From the NCBI RefSeq assembly GCF_963921235.1, contig NC_086097.1:15004001-15068000 (forward strand): a stretch of 64,000 bases of DNA, read 5' to 3'. Below are positions 63,444 to 64,000 of this stretch, in pieces. How positions within the stretch are numbered: the stretch's first letter is position 1; each line of letters opens with the position of its first letter. The notes under the pieces were generated by a model. It was given only the letters and a program-made list of their open reading frames with translations. It made no database searches and had not been told where the DNA came from. The position numbers were made by a program, and so were the translations under genes. This stretch comes from Mobula hypostoma (Eukaryota).

Positions 63444-64000
63444 GTACAGTTTACAGTCACAAGATCACAAAGTTATCATGTGGAAGGAGGTCTTGCAGCC
63501 CATTGTGTCTCAGCTAATTTTTGCACAAAGACAATCCTTTTAGTTCCACTCCAGATGCTGTCCCAGTAGCTCTCCAAAGATTTTTATGTTTTTATTTAGT
63601 CTAAAAGCACTAAGAAAATGGTATCATTTTTTTAAAGTAAAGCATGTGTCTAAGCTAAGATAAGATGTATTTTAACCTATGTGTAATTTAACCAGTAAAG
63701 TTCAAAGTAGATCTTGTGTTATTCTAGAGCACAAGTGGTTATTTTTCTAAATATTTTGTTGTAGCAAAAAATAAGGACACCATAAATTAACTAACTAAAT
63801 CAATAAAAACTAAGATAAAAATGTGAATTCCTAATGTTCCTTGATAGTTTAGTTATTGAGATAGCATTAATTCTTGGAAACAAACTTTTGCTATTTTTTT
63901 TAATAAGTGACTAACTAGCCCTTTGTGCAAGAATTGGAGTCCATGGGATTAACCAACTGAGTTTAGTCATATCTTCAGTTTTGCTAAACATTAAACAAAA

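Overview
Repeat-rich vertebrate genomic DNA. The CR1/Rex1/Penelope/V-SINE repertoire suggests a cartilaginous fish such as a ray, but this is inference. Two housekeeping genes lie head-to-head around a CpG-rich bidirectional promoter at ~33.8-34.45 kb. SETD3 (actin histidine methyltransferase) is on the minus strand, with three coding exons at 12504-12609, 9479-9571 and 6727-6875; it continues off the left edge. CCNK (cyclin K) is on the plus strand, with six coding exons between 40629 and 63443; it continues off the right edge. The intron after the first CCNK coding exon is a U12-type minor intron (GTATCCTTT ... TTCCTTAAC ... AG). Introns are filled with CR1 and Rex1/Babar LINE fragments, tRNA-derived SINEs, Tc1- and hAT-type DNA transposons and Penelope-like elements. 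The most notable non-coding signal is a recurrent minimal hammerhead ribozyme motif (CAGTC-CTGANGA-stem II-GAAA-CG-TC-GACTG) in the Penelope terminal repeats. Two short TSD-flanked fold-back insertions are built from these repeats, and one folds back exactly at the predicted cleavage site. Almost all other ORFs in the track are transposon fragments or chance frames. Repeat boundaries are approximate unless a TSD or TIR is quoted, and comparisons with human genes are from memory.
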